A DNA stretch of 62,044 bases, counting the filler, from Deltaproteobacteria bacterium (lineage in GTDB: Bacteria > JAUYMQ01), in assembly GCA_030698575.1 (NCBI GenBank). It is 5 parts of 5 records of this genome, joined end to end, with 100 filler letters (N's around TTAATTAATTAA, not from the genome) between each part and the next. Parts side by side here need not be neighbours in the genome. Positions count along the whole stretch, not along the records: positions 16,514 to 47,551 come from JAUYMQ010000290.1; 4 more parts are not named here. One strand, 5' to 3'. The position numbers were made by a program, and so were the translations under genes. The notes under the pieces were generated by a model that worked only from the letters and a program-made list of their open reading frames with translations, did no database searches and was not told the origin of the DNA. Below are positions 25,712 through 35,484 of the stretch, in pieces (position 1 is the stretch's first letter; the number at the start of each line of letters is the position of its first letter).

Positions 25712-27238
25712 CTAGAACCGCGCCGTATTCGTCAACCAGAGGATCCACTGATCCCCCTCGAGATTGAAGTTTCCGTGAGGGTTGTTGGGATCGACCGTCT
25801 TGAACGACGTGGGCTGGAGCTTGATGAACTGGTAAGTCACGTCGATGGTCGTGGGCAGTTCGAACCACTCGAAGGGGTCGTCCTGCTCGATCCCCATGCC
25901 GAGGGACCAGATCTGCTTGTCGGCATCGGCCGCAGCCGGCTCATCCGTGACGAAACCCAGCAGGTTGCCGTTGACGTCGTTGATGCGCGTCTGCACGCCG
26001 GAGTGCGGATCCTTGACCACGCTCGGAATACGCGCGAAGCCGGCGCGGATGCGCCACACACGCTTCAGCTGGTACTGGATGCCGTAACGCTGGATCCAGA
26101 TGTTGCGCATCGCATTGTTCGGCTGCGGCAGGAAATTGACCGTCCCGGTCCCCGTGGGGCCCTGGTTCGGCGGGACGACGAAGGACTGAATTCCCTGGAA
26201 GGTCCCATTCAGCGTGTTGCCGCGGTACCTCGACCACTGCTGCCAGCCCACCTCGGCCGCGACGCTCAGGCGATCATTCACGTCGTAGGCCAGGCCGAAG
26301 GTCGCCTCCTGCGGCTGGAAGAAGGTGTCGACGGAGAGGCGCCCCTGGACGGGAATGACGATCGAGAGCGCGCCGGTCGTCGGGAGACCGGTCCGCGAGT
26401 TGAGGTTCTGGCGGAAGGTGGTGCGCGCCTCTTCCTTCCAGCTGGCACCAATCTTGAGCCCCTTCTGGGTGTCGATGAGCGCCCCGATGATCCAGCCAAA
26501 GGTCGGGGAGGCATCGATCTGACCGAGGAACTGCCCGTCGCCCGGAGGTGACGGGGCCAGCGAGCCGGCCCCCGTGGAGTTCATCGTAAAATCCACGTTG
26601 ACGTCGCCCTTGATATTCAGGTTGCCGCGAAGGCCCACCCCCACGTAGAGATAGTCGTTGAGGCGCAAGCCCAGCCCGGCGACGAAATCGAGGTGCTGCT
26701 GCTGCTCGTTGCCGAGCCAGACCGACTGGGGGATGCGGGTGGGAATGCGCAGGTTCACGCCCCGGCCACCGGGCGACGCGAGGCCCCCGCAGTTACCGGT
26801 TATCCCACCGGAGCAGCCGCCGGCGAAATCAAAGTTCGCGCTCTCGATGCGCGCGATGCGGGTCCCGTCCTTCGGCCAGAAGTTGTACAGGCCGAAGGAC
26901 GCCTTCATGCCCAGGACTTCAAAGGGGAAGACATTGCCCAGAACCGGGCCGCTGACATTCGTCTGATAGTTGTCGCCGCGACCCGAGATCAGCACGGAAG
27001 ACTCGCCGAAGAGCCAGCCCGACACCGCCTCGCGGTGCTTTACCGTGGCCAGACCCGCGGGGTTGTAGTAGGACGCGCTGAAATCATCGGCGATGGCGGT
27101 GAACGCGCCGCCCATGCTCGTGGCCTTCGCGCCGGCGCCCATCGTGTTCGAGAGCGATGCGAGCGCCTCGCCCGCGGCGCCACCCACGAGCAGGGCGGCC
27201 GCAAAGGCCAGGATCGTCCGTTTCGTCGCCGTCCTCAT
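25712..27238 (-). CDS. OmpP1/FadL/TodX-family outer-membrane protein
   Basis: Signal peptide, GAKATSMGGAFTAIADDFSASYYNPAGL, C-terminal Phe. Confidence 0.88.
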   Translation of the reverse strand: MRTATKRTILAFAAALLVGGAAGEALASLSNTMGAGAKATSMGGAFTAIADDFSASYYNPAGLATVKHREAVSGWLFGESSVLISGRGDNYQTNVSGPVLGNVFPFEVLGMKASFGLYNFWPKDGTRIARIESANFDFAGGCSGGITGNCGGLASPGGRGVNLRIPTRIPQSVWLGNEQQQHLDFVAGLGLRLNDYLYVGVGLRGNLNIKGDVNVDFTMNSTGAGSLAPSPPGDGQFLGQIDASPTFGWIIGALIDTQKGLKIGASWKEEARTTFRQNLNSRTGLPTTGALSIVIPVQGRLSVDTFFQPQEATFGLAYDVNDRLSVAAEVGWQQWSRYRGNTLNGTFQGIQSFVVPPNQGPTGTGTVNFLPQPNNAMRNIWIQRYGIQYQLKRVWRIRAGFARIPSVVKDPHSGVQTRINDVNGNLLGFVTDEPAAADADKQIWSLGMGIEQDDPFEWFELPTTIDVTYQFIKLQPTSFKTVDPNNPHGNFNLEGDQWILWLTNTARF

Positions 27239-27334
27239 CTCGTCTCCTCCTCGGTCGGGACGATCGCCCGCGCCGGTTCCCCATGAAAGTCCGGAACTCT
27301 TCCTAACCCATGCCGCCCGCCTGCCCAGCGCGGA

Positions 27335-28810
27335 CTAGAACTTCGCCGTGAAGAACGCCCCGGCCGCCGAGATGTTGCCGTTCACCCTCAGCTTATTGCC
27401 GAACTGCGTGAACTCACCGTACTGGGGCGGGATGTTGGTGAAAACCTGATTCGTGAACGTGTCGGTACGCAGTATCTGCTGCTGCCACCAGAAGTCGAAC
27501 TGCCACTTCTCCGCCCAGCCGATGGGGTCGTCGATGGTGATCCCGAGTCCCACGCTCACGATGTGCCGTCCGGCGTCGACGAAGTTGGTCCCGCTCGAGC
27601 GGACGATCGCGACCTCGCTGTTTCCCTGAATCTCTGAAACCACCATCAGGGTGCCGGTCTGGTTGTCCTCGTAGGGGCTCGGCCGGTAGGCGTATCCGCC
27701 GCGGATCTGGAAATCGACGGGCCCCAGCGGCCCTTTCTTCGTCTTCGGGCGCCACTCGAAGCCGAACCGCGGCACCCAGATGTTCTTCGGCTTGGGGTTG
27801 ATGAAGCGCCGGAAGCCGATGTTGAGCGGGCTGTTGGCCCCCAGAACGAACTGGAAAGGCTCGAAGTTCCGCCCTTCGATGCGGCCATCGCTAGCCGAGC
27901 TCCACCCTTCCCACACGAGATCGGCCGAGAGCGTCAACCGGGGCGACGGATCGTAGGCGATGCCCACGGCCACCTGATGAGGGGAGTAGAACTGCGTCCC
28001 CCTGAACTCACCGATGATGGCGGCGTCCTGGTTGAGCAGCGTGTTGACGAAAGCGACGGGGTTGGAGCTGACGGTGGTCGTGCTGGCCGTGTTCTCGATG
28101 CTGAACTTCTGCTGCTGGAAGTATCGATAGGTCGCGCCGATCTTGAGGTTCTCGTAGGGCCGCCAGAGGATGCCGACGTTCGGGGAGATACGGTTCTCGG
28201 CCTCGACCACGAGCTGCCCCGCGCCGACCGGCAGCAGATCGCCAGTGCCTCCCAGCGCCGCCCCGTTGAAGGCGATGGGGAGGAAGAGGTTCAGCTTGGT
28301 GCTCTGGTTCGACAGCAATCGGAAGCCCGCGCCGATCGACCACTTCGAATTGATGTCGAACCCGAGCGCCGGACTCAGATCGAAGATCTGATGAGCGTTC
28401 TCGATGAGCCCGAACTGGGGCTCCGCGGGATTGACGAACTGGTTCCTCTGAAGGAGATCGAGCGGGTAGTAACCCCAGACGCCCAGGCCGCCGCGTCCGT
28501 GGAACAGCGGCACGATGAGGCCGACGTACGCGCCGCCCGTGGATTCAATGGGGCGCGGATGACCGTCGATGTTGAGATCGAAATTGATGAAGAGAAGGCC
28601 GGCGCTGAGCTGGATGCTGGAGGGCTGGGTGACGCCGGCGGGATTGTACCAGGTGGCTGAGAAGTCATCGGCGATCGCCGTGAAGGCGCCGCCCATGGCG
28701 ACCGCCTTCCCGCCCACGCCGACGGTGTCGGCCACCGTCGCCCGGGCAGTACCCTGCGCAATCAGAATGAAGGAGAAGGCCAGCACCGCCGCGATCACAT
28801 GCTTTTTCAA
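27335..28810 (-). CDS. OmpP1/FadL/TodX-family outer-membrane protein
   Basis: Signal peptide, MGGAFTAIADDFSATWYNPAG, RGGYAYRPSP, C-terminal Phe. Confidence 0.88.
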   Translation of the reverse strand: MKKHVIAAVLAFSFILIAQGTARATVADTVGVGGKAVAMGGAFTAIADDFSATWYNPAGVTQPSSIQLSAGLLFINFDLNIDGHPRPIESTGGAYVGLIVPLFHGRGGLGVWGYYPLDLLQRNQFVNPAEPQFGLIENAHQIFDLSPALGFDINSKWSIGAGFRLLSNQSTKLNLFLPIAFNGAALGGTGDLLPVGAGQLVVEAENRISPNVGILWRPYENLKIGATYRYFQQQKFSIENTASTTTVSSNPVAFVNTLLNQDAAIIGEFRGTQFYSPHQVAVGIAYDPSPRLTLSADLVWEGWSSASDGRIEGRNFEPFQFVLGANSPLNIGFRRFINPKPKNIWVPRFGFEWRPKTKKGPLGPVDFQIRGGYAYRPSPYEDNQTGTLMVVSEIQGNSEVAIVRSSGTNFVDAGRHIVSVGLGITIDDPIGWAEKWQFDFWWQQQILRTDTFTNQVFTNIPPQYGEFTQFGNKLRVNGNISAAGAFFTAKF

Positions 28811-29237
28811 ACCCGCCCCCCATCGAGTCTGACGCGTTCCGTAGCGTAGAGCGACCGAAACGGCGTTCAGCGCGCGAAGTTCTGCATGCGTGTCACACGA
28901 ACGAGAGGCGCGGAATGAGGCGTGCCGCCGCCGTTCCGTGAGCGGTAGCCATCGGCGAACCGGGCACCGCGCGTGTTGAGCGTGCTCGCATGCTTTCCGT
29001 TATGGCGAAATCGAGGAACTTTTTTGAATTTACGGTGACGATCAAAAGGCAGGCCGAGCGTCCGCCCCCCCGGCATCGTGTCGTCGCCACCGCCCTCCGA
29101 CACTCTTTCCTGTCGGAGCCCATACATAGCTTCCTGAAATAGTGCCCCTTTTTAGTCGAAGGACCACGCCATGTCAAGCAAGATAGCTGAGAAAAACAGA
29201 CGGAAATCAGGGACCTGCGCCGTCCTGGAGGTCAGCC

Positions 29238-29993
29238 TCAGTCGAAGAGTGAATCGTGGCGAATTCCCTTCACGTGCAACAGATATTTGACGAGCGTTCC
29301 GAGGATGCCGAGACCGTAGACGCAGCTCCTCCAGAACCCGACCGAAGAACTGTCGTGGTGGTACCGGGTCGGCACGGGAATTTCCTTGAAGCTCATCCCC
29401 TTCACCACGAGCTGGACCAGGATTTCGTTGTCGAAAACGAAATCGTCGGAATTGGCGAAGTAGTTGACCTGCTCGAGGGCCTCCCGGCTAAATGCCCGAT
29501 ATCCCGTATGAAATTCAGAGAACCGCGTTCCCAGAACGACGTTCTCGACGCCGGTGAGCACCTTGTTCGCCACGAACTTGTAGAGCGGCATGCCGCCGCG
29601 GATGGGAGAGCCGAGCATGCGTGAAGCGAGCACAACTTCCGCTTCGCCGCGGGCGATGGGGGCGACCAGATCGGGCACGATAGAGGGATCGTACTGATTG
29701 TCGGGGTGGAGCATCACGATGATGTCGGCCCCTTCCCTGAGGGCGCGCGTGTAGCAGGTCTTCTGGTTGCCCCCGTAACCCCGGTTGATCGGGTGTTCCT
29801 CCACGATGAGATTCAGATTCCGGGCGATGCGCACCGTGTCGTCCGCGCTCGCATCGTCGGTCAGGATGATAGCGTCGTAGGAGCCCTCGGGGATCTCCCG
29901 GTAGGTCTTCTCGAGAGTCAGCGCCGCGTTGTAGGCGGGCATGACGACGATGACCTTCCCGCGGGGCGCGGGAACTGGCTTCACCGCCTTCAC
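29238..29993 (-). CDS. GT2 polyprenol-phosphate glycosyltransferase (DPM1-like)
   Basis: VMPAYN, DDAS.D.T, NRGYGGNQKTCY, HPDNQY, FHTGYRAF. Confidence 0.92.
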   Translation of the reverse strand: MKAVKPVPAPRGKVIVVMPAYNAALTLEKTYREIPEGSYDAIILTDDASADDTVRIARNLNLIVEEHPINRGYGGNQKTCYTRALREGADIIVMLHPDNQYDPSIVPDLVAPIARGEAEVVLASRMLGSPIRGGMPLYKFVANKVLTGVENVVLGTRFSEFHTGYRAFSREALEQVNYFANSDDFVFDNEILVQLVVKGMSFKEIPVPTRYHHDSSSVGFWRSCVYGLGILGTLVKYLLHVKGIRHDSLFD

Positions 29994-32413
29994 CCCCCCT
30001 GCTGCTTCAGCGATTCGAGCTCACCGCGCGCCTCGTCGGCCTCGGGGAAATCGGGGCTCATCTCGAGGGCCCGTGTCAGCGACTGCCGCGCGTTCTGCGT
30101 ATCGCCGGCTTTCTTGTAGGCCAGGGCCAGATGGTAGTGAAGGGTCGCGTTCTTCGGCTCCTTCGCGATCGCGTCGCTGAACAGCTCGATGGCCGTCTCG
30201 GTGATGTTCTTCTTGTAGTAGATCCAGCCCAGCGTGTCGGTGATGCTTGCATTGTCGGGGAATTGCTCCTTGGCCGACTGTGCAAGCTCCAGTGCCCGGT
30301 CGATGTTGCCGCCGTGCTCCGCCAGGGTGTAGGCAAGGTTGTTCTTCGCCACCGCCGAGTCCGCATTGAGTCCGACGGCCTTCTCGTAGTGCTTGATGGC
30401 CTCGTCGTAGCGCTCCTGCCCCTCGTACAGGCTGGCCAGGAACATCTGCGCCTCGAAGGAGGCAGGGTCCTTCTCGATCGCCTTCTTGTACCACTTCTCG
30501 GCCTCGTCCTTCTTATCCTGCAGCAGGAACGCGTTCCCCATGTTCAGGTGCGTGATGACGAGATCCGGATCCTTCTCGAGGGCCGCTGCAATGGCCTTTT
30601 CCGCCTCCTCGAACCGTTTGGATTTGATGAGGGTCTCGCCCAGAATGTTCCGGATGATCGCGTTCTCGGGGGCGGCTTCCACGGCGGCCTGGAGGCGGGT
30701 TACGGCCCCGTCGAGATTCTTCTCGAAGATATAGATGTTCGTGAGGTTGGTCAGGGCCTCCGAATATTCAGGGTTGAGTTCGAGGGCCTTTTCGAAGTTG
30801 GCCTTTGCCGTCTTCATGTCATTCCGCGTGCCGGCTATGATCGCCAGGTTGAACCACGCCTTGTCGGAATTGGGCTGTTGTTCGAGAAGTTTTTTGAAGT
30901 ACTTCTCGGCCTCGTCGTAGTTGTTCTCGAGCAGGTAGGCCGTCCCCACGGCCTGAAGCGCCGAGGCGTTGTTCGGATCGGCCTTCAGGGCCGCCTCCGC
31001 CTGCTCCTTCGCGCCCTCCAAATCCCGCGTGCGGAGCGCCACTTCGGCCAGCGCCACGTGCGCCTGCTGGAACTTCGGGTTGTACTTCAGGGCCGCGTAG
31101 AGCTCGGTCTTGGCCTGTTCGAACTCGCCATTGCGATGATGGGAGATTCCCAGGAAGTAATGCGCCTGCGCGCTCACCGGGTTGTCGCGGACCACCTTTC
31201 GGAAGGCCTGGATCGCCTCGGGGATGTTTCCGTTAATGAGGGCGAGGCGCCCCTTGAGGAACGTCCCCATGAGGTTGTTCGGATTTTCCTTGAGCATGGC
31301 CGTGACACGCGCCTCGGCGGTGTCGAGGTCGCCTTTGTTTATATAAGTCTCGGCGATCTTGACCTCCGCGGCCTCGTTCCCCTCGTCGACCTCCGCCGCC
31401 TTCTGGAACGCCGTGATCGCCTTCTCGAACTGCTGGTTCGCCGAGTAGAAGCCGCCGAGGACAATCCAGGGGTTGGGCTCCTTGGGATCGATCTCGGCAG
31501 TCTGCTTCAGGACCGCCTCGGCCTCTTCCTTCCGCTTGCTGGTCGCGTAGAAATTCGCCAGGGCGAAGCGGAGGTTCATGTCCTTGGGAAGGTCCTCGAT
31601 GGCCTTCTTGACCGCAGCTTCCGCCTTGTCCGGCATCTCGTTGGTCGTGTAGAAGTTGCCGAGCAGCAGCCGGAGGTTGGAGTCCTCAGGAAAATCTTTT
31701 ACGGCGTCGATGTACTCCGCCTCGGCCTTCTCAAGATCCTTCGTCTCCTGGTAGAAGCTCGCCAGGGAGATGCGGTTCCGGAGATCCTTGGGCTGCTTCT
31801 CCTTGATGAGCAGGAAGTATTTCTCGGCCCGCGGGAAATCGCGCTTGACGAAGAACATGTTTCCCAGGTTGTTGTAAGCGACGACGTTTTCCGGATCGAG
31901 TTCGATGACCTTCTCGTATTCGGCCACCGCCGCGTCGAAATCCTTCTCGCCCGCAAGCGAGCCTCCGAGGAGTAAATGTCCCTCGATGTGCTCGGGTTCG
32001 GCCTCGAGGACAAGCTCCGCTTTCTCCTTCGCAGACTTGAAGTCCTGGCTCAGAAGGAAGATCTTGCCGAGCTGGAGCTGCGCATCCATCAGCTTCGGAT
32101 CGATCCGGACAGCCTCCTTCATCTCCCAGAAAGTCTTGTTGAGATCATTGGTCTGCAGGTAGGCCAGTCCCAGGTGATGGTGGGCCTCGGCGTTGTTCGG
32201 CTGGAGCTGGACCGCGTTCCGGTACTCGATGACGGCCTCGGCGAACTTCTTCTCCTCCATGTACGACTCGCCGCGGCTCATATGGTCCGCGAATTTTTCC
32301 TCGGCGCTCTTGCACGCTCCCACCGCGAGAGCGACCATCGCCACCAGAAGCAGGCGGACGACCCAGGCGTGAGACCGATGATCCGCCCCACGACCCAAAC
32401 TCGGGACAAACAT
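29990..32413 (-). CDS. TPR lipoprotein, PrsT-like (exosortase-system associated)
   Basis: Lipobox VGAC, then AVIEYRNAVQ..P; long TPR array; NNLAY..A...DTLGWIYY..YHLA C-terminal signature; GGGAGG RBS before ATG 32413. Confidence 0.85.
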   Translation of the reverse strand: MFVPSLGRGADHRSHAWVVRLLLVAMVALAVGACKSAEEKFADHMSRGESYMEEKKFAEAVIEYRNAVQLQPNNAEAHHHLGLAYLQTNDLNKTFWEMKEAVRIDPKLMDAQLQLGKIFLLSQDFKSAKEKAELVLEAEPEHIEGHLLLGGSLAGEKDFDAAVAEYEKVIELDPENVVAYNNLGNMFFVKRDFPRAEKYFLLIKEKQPKDLRNRISLASFYQETKDLEKAEAEYIDAVKDFPEDSNLRLLLGNFYTTNEMPDKAEAAVKKAIEDLPKDMNLRFALANFYATSKRKEEAEAVLKQTAEIDPKEPNPWIVLGGFYSANQQFEKAITAFQKAAEVDEGNEAAEVKIAETYINKGDLDTAEARVTAMLKENPNNLMGTFLKGRLALINGNIPEAIQAFRKVVRDNPVSAQAHYFLGISHHRNGEFEQAKTELYAALKYNPKFQQAHVALAEVALRTRDLEGAKEQAEAALKADPNNASALQAVGTAYLLENNYDEAEKYFKKLLEQQPNSDKAWFNLAIIAGTRNDMKTAKANFEKALELNPEYSEALTNLTNIYIFEKNLDGAVTRLQAAVEAAPENAIIRNILGETLIKSKRFEEAEKAIAAALEKDPDLVITHLNMGNAFLLQDKKDEAEKWYKKAIEKDPASFEAQMFLASLYEGQERYDEAIKHYEKAVGLNADSAVAKNNLAYTLAEHGGNIDRALELAQSAKEQFPDNASITDTLGWIYYKKNITETAIELFSDAIAKEPKNATLHYHLALAYKKAGDTQNARQSLTRALEMSPDFPEADEARGELESLKQQGG

Positions 32414-32685
32414 GAAACCTCCCCATCTAAAGGCCCGCCGCTCGTGCCGCGGGCGCTGGTAACCCTGGTGGCGTCCCTCGTGCGGGGCTCCCGGGTGGTT
32501 CTCCATGGAGACCCCGCCGCCAGGAAGACCGGCATTATCGAGAAAAATCCCTCTGTTATCAAGGCGGTGTGATGACTTTTCCGCCCCCGGCCACAGGGGG
32601 GCCGGGAGAGCAGGCAATGTGCCGCCGCGGGCGGCCTGATTTCCTGCAAATTGGGCGGGGGGATAGCGGTAAGCGGACCGGCCCG

Positions 32686-34119
32686 TCAGCCGGGCTGCCC
32701 GGGGCCGGCCCCGTCGGGCGATCCGTCGTCAGGGGGGATCTTGCGGTTCTTGCGCCACTTGTCGCTCGTGATTCCGAGCTTCTGGATCTTGTAGTGAATG
32801 ACCCGCCGGCTCATTCCGAGAAACCGCGCCGCATCCTTCTGCACCCAGTTATTCATGCGGAGCGCCTCGAGGATGAGCTGCTTCTCCATCTCCTGGAAAT
32901 CCACGCCGGTCGGAGGCAAGCGCAGTATCCCGGCCGCAGGCGCTGCGCGGCCCCCGTCATCCGGGAGAGAGAGGTCACGCGTCTGGACGGTTCTCCCCTC
33001 GGCCATGAGCGCCGCGCGTTCGAGGGCGTTCTTCAGCTCCCGCACGTTTCCAGGCCAGGGATAGTTCCGGAGAAGGGCCCGCGCGTCGTTCGAGAATCCG
33101 TCGATCCGCTTGCTCAGCTCCGTGGCGTACCGCTGCAGGTAGAACTCGGCGATAGCCTCGATGTCTTCGCGCCGCTCCCTGAGGGGCGGTATGTGGACTG
33201 AAACGACGTTCAGCCGGTAGTAGAGATCCTCGCGGAACTCACCCTTCTCGATCGCCTCCTGCAGATCCTTGTTCGTCGCGGCGATGACGCGCACGTCGAC
33301 CTTGAGCGTCCGGGTGCTCCCCAATCGCTCGAACTCTTCCTCCTGGAGCACGCGGAGCACCTTCGCCTGGGTGCTGCCGCTCATGTCGCCGACCTCGTCG
33401 AGGAATATGGTCCCCTCGTGGGCCTGCTCGAAGCGCCCGATGCGCTGCCGGTCGGCGCCGGTGAATGCGCCCTTCTCATGACCGAAAAGCTCGCTCTCGA
33501 GGAGGTTCTCCTGGAGGGCCGCGCAATTGACCTTGACGAAGTGCTTCTGGCGGCGATGGGAGCTGGCGTGAATCATCCCGGCAATCAGCTCCTTGCCGGT
33601 CCCCGTCTCGCCCGTGATGAGAATCGTCGCCTTGCTCGGCGCGACCTTTCGCGTGAGGTCCATGACCTCGCGCATCCTCTGGCTCTGCCCGACCACCTTC
33701 TCCCAGCTGTAATCCTTCTGGCGCTCGCTTCGAAGAAACTCGACCTCTCCCACCAGGCGGCGATGGGCCAGCGCCTTGTTCACCTTCAGCTCCATCTCTT
33801 CGATGTTGAAGGGTTTCTGGATGAAGTCGTAGGCCCCCTCCTTCATCGCCTCGACGGCGGTCGAGATCGTCCCGTAGGCGGTCATGACGATCACCGTTGT
33901 GCCGCCGTCCTTCCGTATCGCGGCACGCAGCACTTCGAGGCCGGAGCGCTTCGGCAGCTTCAGATCGGTAATGATGACGTCGTAGGCTGCCGCGCCCAGG
34001 CGTTCGACGGCGACCCCACCGTCGGCCAGCTCGTCCACTTCGTGCCCGGCGTCCCGGAAGGCCTGGGCGACGCCGCGCCGGAGCGTGTCGTTGTCTTCCA
34101 CCACGAGAATCTTCGTCAT
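32686..34119 (-). CDS. Sigma54-dependent response regulator (NtrC/AtoC family)
   Basis: REC domain, GETGTGKE, GAFTGA, FLDEVG, C-terminal Fis-type HTH. Confidence 0.95.
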   Translation of the reverse strand: MTKILVVEDNDTLRRGVAQAFRDAGHEVDELADGGVAVERLGAAAYDVIITDLKLPKRSGLEVLRAAIRKDGGTTVIVMTAYGTISTAVEAMKEGAYDFIQKPFNIEEMELKVNKALAHRRLVGEVEFLRSERQKDYSWEKVVGQSQRMREVMDLTRKVAPSKATILITGETGTGKELIAGMIHASSHRRQKHFVKVNCAALQENLLESELFGHEKGAFTGADRQRIGRFEQAHEGTIFLDEVGDMSGSTQAKVLRVLQEEEFERLGSTRTLKVDVRVIAATNKDLQEAIEKGEFREDLYYRLNVVSVHIPPLRERREDIEAIAEFYLQRYATELSKRIDGFSNDARALLRNYPWPGNVRELKNALERAALMAEGRTVQTRDLSLPDDGGRAAPAAGILRLPPTGVDFQEMEKQLILEALRMNNWVQKDAARFLGMSRRVIHYKIQKLGITSDKWRKNRKIPPDDGSPDGAGPGQPG

Positions 34120-35369
34120 TCGAAACTCTCTTGCGTAACCGTGTTCGCCGGAATGGGGGCTTCGCCGGGATTGCCGGCGAAAAGCGCCTCACGCTGCGCC
34201 GTGCGCGCCCACTGGGGCTCGGGCGGCCGGAGGGGAATCTTCAGGGTGAAGGTGGCGCCGCGGCCGGGCTCGCTCTCGACCTCCAGAAGCCCCCGGTGCT
34301 CATCCACCACCTTCTGCGCAACCGCCAGGCCGATGCCCGAGCCGGTCTCCTTCGTCGTGAAGAACGGGTAGAAAATCTTGTCGAGGGTCGCGGCATCCAT
34401 GCCGCAGCCGTTGTCCTCGATTTCGAGTTGAACGGACTCCTCGTGCTCCCGCGGAATATCCGCCAGGCGGACCCTGCCCGCGGTGAGCTGCACCGTCCGT
34501 GCGTCGGGATCGATGCTGACGACCCGGACGCGGACCCGCACAACGCCCTCCTCCGCTCCCTCGCCCAGCGACGCCTGCACGGCGTCGCCCGCGTTCAGGA
34601 GAAGATTGAGCAGCGCCTGGCGCACCTTCTGGGGATCCACCATGACCGGAGGAAGATTTTCCTCGTAGGCCCGCTCCACCCGGATCCCGGCCTCACTCCA
34701 GGCCGGCTCCAGGGTCCCGAGGGTTTCGTCCAGCACCGACTCAATCCGTGTAGGGGCCAGGTTCAGCGAGAGCGGTCGAACGAAGTCGAGGCAGTTCGTC
34801 ACGATCTCGTTCAGCTTCCAGACCTCCGAGAGGATGGCGTCGATCTGCCCCACGTCCTCGGGAACCGCGAGCAGCCGGCGGCGCAGAAGGCCCGCGGTGA
34901 CTTCGATGCCGGCAAGCGGATTGCGGATCTCGTGGGCCAGCCCTGCCGCCATCTGGCCCAGCGCGGCAAGCCGCTTGCGGAGGCGCTGGCCCTCTTCGTG
35001 CTGTTCGATCTGTGTCAGGTCCTTGAAGAAGATCGCCGAGCCGATCACATCGCCGGCGTCGTCGGTCACCAGAGAGAGACTGAAGCCGATGTTCTTCCCT
35101 TCGCGGCCGCTCCCCCGGATAACCATCTCGGCGCGGTTCGGAAGCCGGCGGCTCTTGAAAGCCTCGAGCAGCAGCTGCCAGACGTAGGCGTGCTCCCGGA
35201 GGACCTCCGGCGCCGGCTTTCCGACGATATCGGCGGGCGCACCGGCGATCTCGAGGATCCGCAGCGCGTTCTCGTTGATCGAGGTGATTTCCCCCTCGCG
35301 ATCCATGGTGATGACGCCGCTGCGCATCGACTCGATCACGTAGCGGTGAAAGCTCGCATCCGTCATCAA
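34116..35369 (-). CDS. Cytoplasmic PAS-domain histidine kinase
   Basis: PAS N-terminus, AHEIRNPL, NLLLNA, DNGCG, PFFTTK..GSGIGL; no TM segments. Confidence 0.92.
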   Translation of the reverse strand: MMTDASFHRYVIESMRSGVITMDREGEITSINENALRILEIAGAPADIVGKPAPEVLREHAYVWQLLLEAFKSRRLPNRAEMVIRGSGREGKNIGFSLSLVTDDAGDVIGSAIFFKDLTQIEQHEEGQRLRKRLAALGQMAAGLAHEIRNPLAGIEVTAGLLRRRLLAVPEDVGQIDAILSEVWKLNEIVTNCLDFVRPLSLNLAPTRIESVLDETLGTLEPAWSEAGIRVERAYEENLPPVMVDPQKVRQALLNLLLNAGDAVQASLGEGAEEGVVRVRVRVVSIDPDARTVQLTAGRVRLADIPREHEESVQLEIEDNGCGMDAATLDKIFYPFFTTKETGSGIGLAVAQKVVDEHRGLLEVESEPGRGATFTLKIPLRPPEPQWARTAQREALFAGNPGEAPIPANTVTQESFE

Positions 35370-35484
35370 CCGCCTCCTCTGAAAGTGCCCTCTCCCCGCG
35401 GCAGCCCCCCGGGGCCGCGCCGGTGCGGACCGGGCCGCGCTTCGCGCCCGCGCGGGCGGCGGGAAAAGTCGCGCCTTCCGGGAC

